From: Escherichia coli
GTDB taxonomy: Bacteria > Pseudomonadota > Gammaproteobacteria > Enterobacterales > Enterobacteriaceae
Direction: 5' to 3' (one strand)
Assembly: GCF_030384885.1 (NCBI RefSeq)
Contig: NZ_CP128613.1
DNA: 64,000 nucleotides
Each line of letters opens with the position of its first letter. Position 1 is the stretch's first letter. Below the pieces are notes generated by a model. The model saw only the letters and a list, made by a program, of their open reading frames with translations. It did not search any database and was not told the DNA's origin. Positions 1 through 8,086 of this stretch are shown one piece after another. The position numbers and the translations under genes were made by a program.

Positions 1-2324
1 GGGCGATGGAAGCCAAAATTCACAACGGCGCGAAGCTGATTGTGATCGATCCTCGCTTTACGCGTACGGCGGCGGTGGCTGACTACTATGCCCCTATTCG
101 TTCCGGTACTGACATTGCTTTCCTGTCAGGCGTATTGCTGTACCTGCTGAACAATGAAAAATTCAACCGCGAATACACCGAAGCCTATACCAACGCCAGC
201 CTGATCGTGCGTGAGGATTACGGCTTTGAAGATGGCCTGTTCACCGGCTACGACGCGGAAAAACGCAAGTACGATAAATCCAGCTGGACCTACGAGCTGG
301 ACGAAAACGGCTTCGCCAAACGCGATACCACGCTGCAACATCCGCGCTGCGTGTGGAACTTGCTGAAACAGCACGTTTCCCGTTATACGCCAGATGTGGT
401 TGAAAACATCTGTGGCACGCCGAAAGACGCGTTCCTGAAAGTCTGCGAATACATCGCAGAGACCAGTGCTCACGATAAAACTGCCTCGTTCCTTTACGCG
501 CTCGGCTGGACGCAACACTCCGTTGGTGCGCAGAACATTCGTACGATGGCGATGATCCAGCTACTGCTCGGCAATATGGGGATGGCAGGCGGCGGCGTTA
601 ACGCCCTGCGCGGTCACTCCAACATTCAGGGGCTGACGGACCTGGGGCTGCTGTCGCAGAGCCTGCCAGGTTACATGACGCTGCCAAGCGAGAAGCAGAC
701 CGATCTGCAAACCTACCTTGCCGCCAATACGCCGAAACCGCTGCTGGAAGGCCAGGTTAACTACTGGGGCAATTACCCGAAATTCTTCGTCTCCATGATG
801 AAGGCCTTCTTTGGTGATAAAGCGACGGCAGAAAACAGCTGGGGCTTTGACTGGTTGCCGAAGTGGGATAAAGGCTACGACGTCCTGCAATACTTCGAGA
901 TGATGAAAGAGGGCAAGGTCAATGGCTATATCTGCCAGGGCTTTAACCCTGTTGCCTCATTCCCGAACAAAAACAAAGTGATCGGTTGTCTGTCGAAACT
1001 GAAGTTCCTCGTCACTATCGACCCGCTGAACACTGAAACCTCTAACTTCTGGCAGAACCACGGTGAGCTGAACGAAGTGGACTCGTCGAAGATCCAGACC
1101 GAAGTGTTCCGTCTGCCATCGACCTGCTTCGCGGAAGAGAACGGTTCAATCGTTAACTCCGGTCGCTGGTTGCAGTGGCACTGGAAAGGTGCGGACGCCC
1201 CAGGGATTGCGCTGACTGATGGCGAGATCCTCTCCGGTATCTTCCTGCGCTTGCGCAAGATGTACGCCGAACAGGGTGGCGCGAACCCGGACCAGGTGCT
1301 GAACATGACCTGGAACTACGCCATCCCGCATGAGCCGAAGTCGGAAGAAGTGGCGATGGAGAGCAACGGTAAGGCGCTGGCCGATATTACCGATCCGGCA
1401 ACCGGGGCGGTTATCGTCAAGAAAGGCCAACAACTTAGCTCGTTCGCCCAACTGCGCGATGACGGTACCACCTCCTGTGGCTGCTGGATTTTCGCCGGTA
1501 GCTGGACGCCAGAGGGCAACCAGATGGCACGCCGTGATAACGCCGATCCGTCTGGCCTCGGTAACACGCTGGGCTGGGCATGGGCATGGCCGCTTAACCG
1601 CCGCATTCTGTATAACCGCGCCTCCGCAGATCCGCAGGGTAACCCGTGGGATCCGAAGCGTCAGTTGCTGAAATGGGACGGCACCAAATGGACCGGCTGG
1701 GATATTCCGGACTACAGCGCAGCGCCTCCGGGCAGTGGCGTCGGGCCGTTTATCATGCAGCAGGAAGGCATGGGGCGTCTGTTTGCCCTCGATAAGATGG
1801 CGGAAGGTCCGTTCCCGGAACACTACGAGCCGTTTGAAACGCCGCTGGGAACTAACCCACTGCATCCAAACGTTATCTCGAACCCGGCGGCGCGAATCTT
1901 TAAAGACGATGCCGAAGCATTGGGTAAAGCCGATAAGTTCCCGTATGTCGGAACCACCTATCGTCTGACCGAGCACTTCCACTACTGGACCAAACACGCG
2001 CTGTTGAATGCGATTTTGCAGCCAGAGCAGTTTGTGGAAATCGGGGAGTCGCTGGCGAATAAACTTGGCATTGCCCAGGGCGATACCGTGAAAGTCTCCT
2101 CCAACCGTGGCTATATCAAAGCCAAAGCGGTGGTGACCAAACGTATTCGTACGCTAAAAGCGAACGGCAAAGATATCGATACCATCGGTATTCCGATTCA
2201 CTGGGGCTATGAAGGTGTTGCGAAAAAAGGCTTTATTGCCAACACGTTAACGCCATTCGTTGGTGATGCGAACACGCAGACGCCGGAGTTTAAGTCCTTC
2301 CTTGTGAATGTGGAAAAGGTGTAA
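1..2324 (+). CDS. fdoG: Formate dehydrogenase-O major subunit, C-terminal ~772 aa; 5' end lies outside the window
   Basis: ORF 6..2324 is open to the window start; translation matches the molybdopterin oxidoreductase large subunit and is followed by fdoH-fdoI-fdhE. The Sec (TGA) codon would be upstream of the window. Confidence 0.93.
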   Translation, partial: AMEAKIHNGAKLIVIDPRFTRTAAVADYYAPIRSGTDIAFLSGVLLYLLNNEKFNREYTEAYTNASLIVREDYGFEDGLFTGYDAEKRKYDKSSWTYELDENGFAKRDTTLQHPRCVWNLLKQHVSRYTPDVVENICGTPKDAFLKVCEYIAETSAHDKTASFLYALGWTQHSVGAQNIRTMAMIQLLLGNMGMAGGGVNALRGHSNIQGLTDLGLLSQSLPGYMTLPSEKQTDLQTYLAANTPKPLLEGQVNYWGNYPKFFVSMMKAFFGDKATAENSWGFDWLPKWDKGYDVLQYFEMMKEGKVNGYICQGFNPVASFPNKNKVIGCLSKLKFLVTIDPLNTETSNFWQNHGELNEVDSSKIQTEVFRLPSTCFAEENGSIVNSGRWLQWHWKGADAPGIALTDGEILSGIFLRLRKMYAEQGGANPDQVLNMTWNYAIPHEPKSEEVAMESNGKALADITDPATGAVIVKKGQQLSSFAQLRDDGTTSCGCWIFAGSWTPEGNQMARRDNADPSGLGNTLGWAWAWPLNRRILYNRASADPQGNPWDPKRQLLKWDGTKWTGWDIPDYSAAPPGSGVGPFIMQQEGMGRLFALDKMAEGPFPEHYEPFETPLGTNPLHPNVISNPAARIFKDDAEALGKADKFPYVGTTYRLTEHFHYWTKHALLNAILQPEQFVEIGESLANKLGIAQGDTVKVSSNRGYIKAKAVVTKRIRTLKANGKDIDTIGIPIHWGYEGVAKKGFIANTLTPFVGDANTQTPEFKSFLVNVEKV

Positions 2325-2336
2325 CGGAGACGACAT

Positions 2337-3239
2337 ATGGCTTATCAATCTCAAGATATCATTCGTCGTTCCGCGACTAACGGTCTGACCCCCGCGCCTC
2401 AGGCGCGGGACTTCCAGGAAGAAGTGGCGAAACTCATCGACGTCACCACCTGTATCGGCTGTAAAGCCTGTCAGGTGGCGTGTTCAGAGTGGAACGACAT
2501 TCGCGATACCGTCGGCAATAACATTGGGGTGTACGACAACCCCAATGATTTAAGCGCCAAATCGTGGACGGTAATGCGCTTCTCGGAAGTGGAGCAGAAC
2601 GACAAACTGGAATGGCTGATCCGCAAAGACGGCTGTATGCACTGTTCCGATCCAGGCTGCCTGAAAGCGTGCCCGGCGGAAGGAGCAATTATTCAGTATG
2701 CCAACGGTATCGTCGACTTCCAGTCCGAGCAGTGCATCGGCTGCGGTTATTGCATTGCGGGCTGTCCGTTCGACATTCCGCGCCTCAACCCGGAAGACAA
2801 CCGCGTCTACAAATGTACACTGTGCGTTGACCGCGTGGTGGTTGGGCAAGAACCGGCCTGTGTGAAAACCTGCCCGACGGGGGCGATTCACTTCGGTACG
2901 AAAGAGTCGATGAAAACGCTGGCGAGCGAGCGCGTGGCTGAGCTGAAAACCCGTGGTTACGACAATGCGGGTCTGTACGATCCGGCAGGCGTGGGTGGTA
3001 CGCATGTTATGTACGTGCTGCACCATGCTGACAAGCCAAATCTGTATCATGGCTTGCCGGAGAACCCGGAAATCAGCGAAACCGTGAAGTTCTGGAAAGG
3101 CATCTGGAAACCGCTCGCGGCTGTTGGCTTTGCGGCTACCTTTGCGGCCAGTATCTTCCACTACGTGGGTGTCGGTCCGAACCGTGCGGATGAGGAAGAG
3201 AATAATCTGCACGAAGAGAAAGACGAGGAGCGCAAATGA
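2337..3239 (+). CDS. fdoH: Formate dehydrogenase-O iron-sulfur subunit
   Basis: 300-aa ORF with multiple CxxCxxCxxxCP 4Fe-4S ferredoxin motifs and a C-terminal TM anchor; position between fdoG and fdoI. Confidence 0.95.
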
Positions 3240-3871
3240 AACGACGTGACACCATCGTGCGCTACACCGCGCCGGAACGTATCAACCACTGGATCACCGC
3301 CTTCTGCTTCATCCTGGCGGCGGTGAGCGGGCTGGGCTTTTTGTTCCCTTCCTTCAACTGGTTGATGCAAATCATGGGCACACCGCAGCTGGCGCGCATT
3401 CTGCACCCGTTTGTCGGCGTGGTTATGTTTGCCTCGTTCATCATCATGTTTTTCCGTTACTGGCATCACAACCTAATCAATCGGGATGATATCTTTTGGG
3501 CGAAGAATATTCGTAAGATCGTCGTCAACGAGGAAGTAGGTGACACCGGGCGTTATAACTTCGGTCAGAAATGCGTTTTCTGGGCGGCGATTATTTTCCT
3601 GGTCCTGCTGCTGGTGAGCGGTGTGATTATCTGGCGTCCTTATTTTGCGCCTGCTTTCTCAATCCCGGTGATCCGATTCGCGTTAATGCTGCATTCATTT
3701 GCCGCAGTGGCGTTAATTGTGGTTATCATGGTGCATATCTACGCCGCCCTTTGGGTGAAAGGCACGATTACCGCCATGGTGGAAGGATGGGTTACCAGCG
3801 CCTGGGCGAAGAAACATCACCCACGCTGGTACCGTGAGGTCCGCAAGACAACGGAAAAGAAAGCTGAATGA
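3236..3871 (+). CDS. fdoI: Formate dehydrogenase-O cytochrome b556 subunit
   Basis: 211-aa hydrophobic ORF whose start overlaps the fdoH stop (translational coupling); conserved operon position. Confidence 0.93.
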
Positions 3872-4797
3872 GTATTCGCATAATCCCGCAAGATGAGCTG
3901 GGTTCGAGCGAGAAACGTACGGCGGATATGATTCCGCCGTTATTGTTCCCTCGGCTCAAAAATTTATACAACCGCCGCGCTGAACGTCTGCGCGAGCTGG
4001 CAGAAAATAATCCGCTGGGTGATTACCTGCGTTTTGCTGCGCTTATCGCCCACGCCCAGGAAGTGGTGCTGTACGACCATCCGCTGGAGATGGATCTGAC
4101 CGCGCGCATTAAAGAAGCCAGCGCACAAGGCAAGCCACCGCTGGATATTCACGTTTTGCCGCGTGATAAGCACTGGCAAAAGCTGCTGATGGCAATGATT
4201 GCTGAGCTGAAACCTGAAATGAGCGGCCCGGCGCTGGCAGTGATTGAGAATCTGGAGAAGGCATCAAGCCAGGAGCTGGAAGATATGGCCAGCGCACTGT
4301 TTGCCTCTGATTTCTCGTCCGTCAGCAGCGATAAAGCGCCGTTTATCTGGGCTGCACTGTCACTCTACTGGGCGCAGATGGCCAATCTGATCCCGGGCAA
4401 AGCCCGCGCTGAATACGGCGAACAACGTCAATATTGCCCGGTTTGTGGTTCTATGCCGGTGTCCAGTATGGTGCAAATTGGCACCACTCAGGGTCTGCGT
4501 TACCTGCACTGCAACCTGTGTGAAACTGAATGGCACGTAGTGCGCGTAAAATGCAGCAACTGTGAACAGAGCGGCAAACTGCATTACTGGTCGCTGGATG
4601 ACGAACAGGCCGCGATTAAAGCCGAAAGCTGCGATGACTGCGGCACTTACCTGAAGATTCTTTATCAGGAAAAAGAGCCGAAAGTTGAAGCCGTGGCAGA
4701 TGACCTCGCCTCTCTGGTACTGGATGCGCGAATGGAGCAAGAAGGCTACGCCCGCAGTTCCATTAACCCGTTCCTGTTTCCGGGTGAAGGGGAGTAA
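3868..4797 (+). CDS. fdhE: Formate dehydrogenase formation protein FdhE
   Basis: 309-aa ORF with paired CxxC motifs ([27 protein letters not shown]); overlaps the fdoI stop. Confidence 0.93.
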   Translation: MSIRIIPQDELGSSEKRTADMIPPLLFPRLKNLYNRRAERLRELAENNPLGDYLRFAALIAHAQEVVLYDHPLEMDLTARIKEASAQGKPPLDIHVLPRDKHWQKLLMAMIAELKPEMSGPALAVIENLEKASSQELEDMASALFASDFSSVSSDKAPFIWAALSLYWAQMANLIPGKARAEYGEQRQYCPVCGSMPVSSMVQIGTTQGLRYLHCNLCETEWHVVRVKCSNCEQSGKLHYWSLDDEQAAIKAESCDDCGTYLKILYQEKEPKVEAVADDLASLVLDARMEQEGYARSSINPFLFPGEGE

Positions 4798-4979
4798 TCT
4801 CTGACGTTTTCCGGGTGGCGCAGGTCGCCCGGATTACAGTTGATAGGGTATGACGACACCATCTCTCGTATTCCGCGTTACCCATTCAAGACCATGCTGT
4901 TAGTGCCTGTTTGGCCTCATTCTTCCCGCCAACACATCGATAAGGTTATTGGTATGTCACTGATGACAAGCGTAAGATT

Positions 4980-5083
4980 GCCTGATGCGCTGCGCTTATC
5001 AGGCCTACCAATAAACTGCAATATGTTGAATTTGCACGACTTTGTAGGCAGGATAAGGCGTTCACGCCGCATCCGGCATGAAC
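4980..5083. repeat. REP/BIME palindromic units in the fdhE-yiiF convergent intergenic region
   Basis: Sequences gcctgatgcgctgcgcttatcaggcctac and gtaggcaggataaggcgttcacgccgcatccggcatgaac match the enterobacterial REP consensus. Confidence 0.7.
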
Positions 5084-5127
5084 AACTCGCACGTTGTCAG
5101 CAATCTGATTGATATCATTTTTTCCCA

Positions 5128-5346
5128 TTACCATTCCTCGCGCAGCTTACGCTGGTATTCGACACCATCTTCCTCACATCCTTGCCAGATGCCAAAAGCA
5201 CTGGTTCTTGCTGTTTGCGATTGATTTACCTGGTATTGATCTACCGCTTCCCGTAATAATTCCGCACGAGGAAGATTACACTGCACCTCAAGATCATCAA
5301 GTTGCTTAATCACCTCATTCGATAAATCGAGTAAAATTCTGCCCAT
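5128..5346 (-). CDS. yiiF: Ribbon-helix-helix (CopG-like) small protein YiiF, ~72 aa
   Basis: The 80-aa ORF contains [22 protein letters not shown]...; the internal ATG at 5346 gives the 72-aa form and sits ~7 nt downstream of a GGCAGG Shine-Dalgarno-like stretch. Paralogous to yiiE. Confidence 0.75.
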   Translation of the reverse strand: MGRILLDLSNEVIKQLDDLEVQCNLPRAELLREAVDQYQVNQSQTARTSAFGIWQGCEEDGVEYQRKLREEW

Positions 5347-5455
5347 ATCCATACCTGCCAGAGAGTTCATAAATATCTCGCCAATATCATTTTGAATCTA
5401 TGGAGAGAAAAGTACCTTTGTCGAATGCTTAAAGAAAGTGCATTTACGTATCACT

Positions 5456-5499
5456 TTTATTTTTGCGAGGCGTTTTCCAGATATGATGTAACAGTTGCA
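5456..5499 (-). promoter_or_regulatory. Conserved cis-element copy 1 (core ttttgcgaggcgttttccaga), ~110 bp upstream of yiiF
   Basis: The 21-bp core recurs at 5901-5921 and 8021-8041 with 1-2 mismatches. Copies 1 and 2 also share the downstream acagttgca. Function is inferred, not shown. Confidence 0.4.
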
Positions 5500-5586
5500 G
5501 TTATTATAAGTTCAAGTAAAACAACCTTGTATTAATACCAGAATAAGGGCATCTGGTTTTTATATTCAAGAATAAAAAATTTTTTG

Positions 5587-5805
5587 TCATTCCTTATGCT
5601 CCTTACACTGATCATCGACCCCCACTGTCTCCCCCTTTTGCCTGCCTCCCTTTGCTTTACGCACCGGGAATTGCTGACGTTCCAGATATTGCTCTACCGC
5701 TTCGCGTAAAATTGCAGATCGTGAAACCTTACGCCAGCCCCGAAGCTTGTTCAGCCGTTTAATTGCCTCGTCTGATAAATGAAGAAAAACCGTACTCATC
5801 ACCAT
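5587..5805 (-). CDS. yiiE: Ribbon-helix-helix (CopG-like) small protein YiiE, ~72 aa
   Basis: ORF 5587..5835 begins at a TTG; the internal ATG at 5805 is preceded by AAGGTGG (5-nt spacer) and gives MVMSTVFLHLSDEAIKRLNKLRGW... (72 aa). Confidence 0.78.
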   Translation of the reverse strand: MVMSTVFLHLSDEAIKRLNKLRGWRKVSRSAILREAVEQYLERQQFPVRKAKGGRQKGETVGVDDQCKEHKE

Positions 5806-5895
5806 CGCCACCACCTTACATATATCGTTCATCAATGCATGGTGCGAAAATTACGCCGAAAATTTAATTAATAAAAGCTGATTTTTGTATCTTGT

Positions 5896-5939
5896 TTTAT
5901 TTTTGCGAGACGTTTTCCAGAAATAATGCTACAGTTGCA
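5896..5939 (-). promoter_or_regulatory. Conserved cis-element copy 2, ~90-130 bp upstream of yiiE and divergent from the 6054 gene
   Basis: ttttatttttgcgagacgttttccagaaataatgctacagttgca aligns with copy 1 over ~44 bp. Confidence 0.4.
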
Positions 5940-6053
5940 TTCCTTTCAATTATTATTGAAAAACGGTTCAGCTATCGTCAGGGATGATTTACTATTCTTC
6001 ATCAGATGCTGGCGCCCTCACAGGAAAGAAGTGGTAAATAATAAGGATGAGTT

Positions 6054-6593
6054 ATGGATGCCATGAATATGTTTTGCTCAGTAATATTTATTTTCTTTAT
6101 TGGTTTTGCATGGATCTTCGGTTACCTCATCCGCATGATGTACCCGAAAAAAATCAGCGTTTTTACCGCTCCAGGGTTTAGCGGGACCGTTACCCTGCCA
6201 AAAGCAGGAGACTACGCGGTAACTATTACACTCCCACATAATAGCGGCATTGCGTCAAACCTGCCCGGCGCGAGTTTTTATTCAGCGCAATTTAGTATAT
6301 CTACGACTGGTAGGCAGCAAGATATTGCGCTGCAAAGAACAGGGAAGTGGGGAGCTTACTCGTGTAACAAAGATTTCAGTGGCAATAATAGCCATATTAT
6401 TGGCCTGTTTCACTGTCATCAAACTCCGGCAAATTACGACATTATCTGTACTAATCCGGAGGTCATTCACGACACCTATAAAGTGGAGATCATTAACTAT
6501 ATCTCACTTGGAAAACAGATGATGAAAACCATCCCCGGTTGGATCCTTGTTTTTATTGCGATAGGGTTACTTATTATTCCGCAAGTAAGTTAA
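6054..6593 (+). CDS. Hypothetical membrane protein, 179 aa, with N- and C-terminal hydrophobic helices
   Basis: ATG preceded by AAGGATGAG (Shine-Dalgarno); hydrophobic stretches FCSVIFIFFIGFAWIFGYLI and IPGWILVFIAIGLLIIP; AT-rich; followed by a hairpin terminator. No family recognised. Confidence 0.6.
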   Translation: MDAMNMFCSVIFIFFIGFAWIFGYLIRMMYPKKISVFTAPGFSGTVTLPKAGDYAVTITLPHNSGIASNLPGASFYSAQFSISTTGRQQDIALQRTGKWGAYSCNKDFSGNNSHIIGLFHCHQTPANYDIICTNPEVIHDTYKVEIINYISLGKQMMKTIPGWILVFIAIGLLIIPQVS

Positions 6594-6623
6594 TGGCAGA
6601 GATGACTGCACTGCATCCATCGC

Positions 6624-6660
6624 AGACCGGTCAGTGCTGCCACCAACCGGTCTTTAATTT
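6624..6660 (+). terminator. Candidate intrinsic terminator after the 179-aa membrane protein gene
   Basis: Hairpin agaccgg-N16-ccggtct followed by ttaattt. Confidence 0.45.
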
Positions 6661-6939
6661 CTAGTAGTAGTAAATTTGCGGATAACAGTCCGGGAACCAG
6701 ACGATTCCTTGCGGATCATCCCCCTGCATTACCCGATAACATTGGCGTCGATCATCGGCACGACGGCGAAGCGTAGTGTAGAGCCGCTTCCATTCATGAT
6801 CGCCCGGTGTACTGTAGTTTACCCAACAATCCATTGAAGGATGACGCCATTTACCTGTGAGTGTTGGGATCCCTGAATGCTTATGCGGCTTCGCTTTACC
6901 ATTACGATCCCGGTCTTTACGCGTATTAAATGTGGACAT
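6661..6939 (-). CDS. Hypothetical protein, 92 aa
   Basis: ATG at 6939 is preceded on the minus strand by GCAGGAG (strong Shine-Dalgarno); no family recognised from sequence. Confidence 0.5.
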   Translation of the reverse strand: MSTFNTRKDRDRNGKAKPHKHSGIPTLTGKWRHPSMDCWVNYSTPGDHEWKRLYTTLRRRADDRRQCYRVMQGDDPQGIVWFPDCYPQIYYY

Positions 6940-7000
6940 TTTTAGTCTCCTGCTAAGAGTTCTAAAAATGTGCTTCCTTAAAATAGTTCATCATTTTCCC

Positions 7001-7213
7001 TTAATTCGAATAGCGTGCTTTTGCACGAATTTCCGATACGCGGGGACCATTATGATAACGTCGATGTCCACACATCCAACAAGAGCACATACAGGGAGTA
7101 CGAAAGCAAACACCTGATGCTTTTTTGCTTCCATCGCCTGCTGTGCGATAACGACGGCGGATTTTTTTTAATCGCGCCATATGATGGCGACGTTCAGCAC
7201 GATTACGGGTCAT
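7001..7213 (-). CDS. Hypothetical small basic Cys-rich protein, 70 aa (CxxxxCxCxCxxC)
   Basis: ATG at 7213 with a CAGGAG Shine-Dalgarno that lies inside repeat copy A; Arg/Lys-rich N-terminus and a Cys cluster. Could be a spurious GC-rich ORF. Confidence 0.35.
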   Translation of the reverse strand: MTRNRAERRHHMARLKKIRRRYRTAGDGSKKASGVCFRTPCMCSCWMCGHRRYHNGPRVSEIRAKARYSN

Positions 7214-7219
7214 AGCAAT

Positions 7220-7317
7220 ACTCCTGAGCAGGCGGCACTATGCCGCTTTCATAGGAGTTCTGAATGCTGGTGCTTTCTGTATGGCATAACCATGCCTCTA
7301 ACGGTTAAGTGCTTGCA
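7220..7317. repeat. 98-bp direct repeat, copy A
   Basis: About 94% identical to 9037-9134 in the same orientation; contains nested inverted repeats (ctcctg...caggag and gcggca...tgccgc). Overlaps the last codons of the HigA-like gene. Confidence 0.85.
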
Positions 7318-7588
7318 GCACATGTTGCGGATCATTGGCAATCGCTCGCAGCAAAGCCTTTGCAGGCCCGGTCGGTGAACGCCGCCCCTGCTCCCAGTTA
7401 CGCAACGTGTCTACGCTTACGGAAATAAGATCGGCAAATTTAGATTGTGACAACCCTGAAGCACGGCGTATTTCTTTGATTTTCATAGCATCAACTTCAA
7501 AAGTCCGTGAAGGCTGTCGCGTTCCTTCAATAATTTCATTCATCTGGGCCATGCTGTGAGTCAACCGCTCAAAAAGTGCCTTATCCAT
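7298..7588 (-). CDS. HTH (XRE-type) antitoxin, HigA-2-like
   Basis: 96-aa ORF with a helix-turn-helix segment (IKEIRRASGLSQSKFADLISVSVDTLRNWEQGRRSP), immediately downstream of and abutting the toxin-like ORF. Confidence 0.8.
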   Translation of the reverse strand: MDKALFERLTHSMAQMNEIIEGTRQPSRTFEVDAMKIKEIRRASGLSQSKFADLISVSVDTLRNWEQGRRSPTGPAKALLRAIANDPQHVLQALNR

Positions 7589-7900
7589 TTACCACCTCGT
7601 ATTTAACAACCGGAGCATTGCTTTTTCCTGGGGAGACAGATCATCTTTAATACCCTTACGATAAATAAGCAGTAATCTGATCTCATAATGTTTAACCTGA
7701 TGAAAGTAAATAACCCTGACACCAGCACGTTTCCCCTTTTCTCCTGAGACCCATCGAACCTTTCTTAACCCACCAGTTTCAGGTATTACCTCACCGTAGT
7801 CAGGATTCAAGGCCAGGAAAAACTGAAAACGACTGAATTCATCGTCATTCAGCAGTTTTTGAACATCTTCTGGGAAAATTTCCGTTTCGATGAAGAGTAT
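7589..7900 (-). CDS. HigB-2/Gp49-family (RelE-superfamily) toxin-like ORF; no canonical start codon upstream of the conserved N-terminus; possible pseudogene or non-canonical start
   Basis: Called ORF 7589..7810 starts at a TTG. The frame stays open upstream to a stop at 7943-7945 and encodes ...VILFIETEIFPEDVQKLLNDDEFSRFQFFLA..., which resembles this family's N-terminus, but with no ATG/GTG/TTG. The 7900 boundary (an ATA codon) is a guess. Confidence 0.6.
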   Translation of the reverse strand: MLFIETEIFPEDVQKLLNDDEFSRFQFFLALNPDYGEVIPETGGLRKVRWVSGEKGKRAGVRVIYFHQVKHYEIRLLLIYRKGIKDDLSPQEKAMLRLLNTRW

Positions 7901-8015
7901 AACTGTACGCCATTGGCTTAGAGTAACAATCCTTTTTGTACGTCATTGACGTACCCCTGAAACCACTAGCTTACTGATAGTGCTACAGCAAAACCACGTC
8001 TCTGCCGAGTTTGTC

Positions 8016-8041
8016 TTTACATTTGCGAGGCGCTTTCCAGA
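8016..8041 (-). promoter_or_regulatory. Conserved cis-element copy 3 (tttacatttgcgaggcgctttccaga) in the divergent region between the toxin gene and the esterase gene
   Basis: Matches the core of copies 1 and 2 with 2 mismatches over 21 bp; flanks diverge after ccaga. Confidence 0.4.
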
Positions 8042-8086
8042 TTTTCCACGCCCGTGAATTTCCCTGTATCCATCCAGTAAAAACGG

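Noticed and set aside
7181-7378. Plus-strand ORFs overlapping repeat copy A and the small-ORF region (7181-7378, 7015-7215, 6857-7117)
   Set aside because: They have no Shine-Dalgarno, overlap better-supported minus-strand genes (the antitoxin gene and Shine-Dalgarno-bearing ORFs) and show no recognisable motifs.
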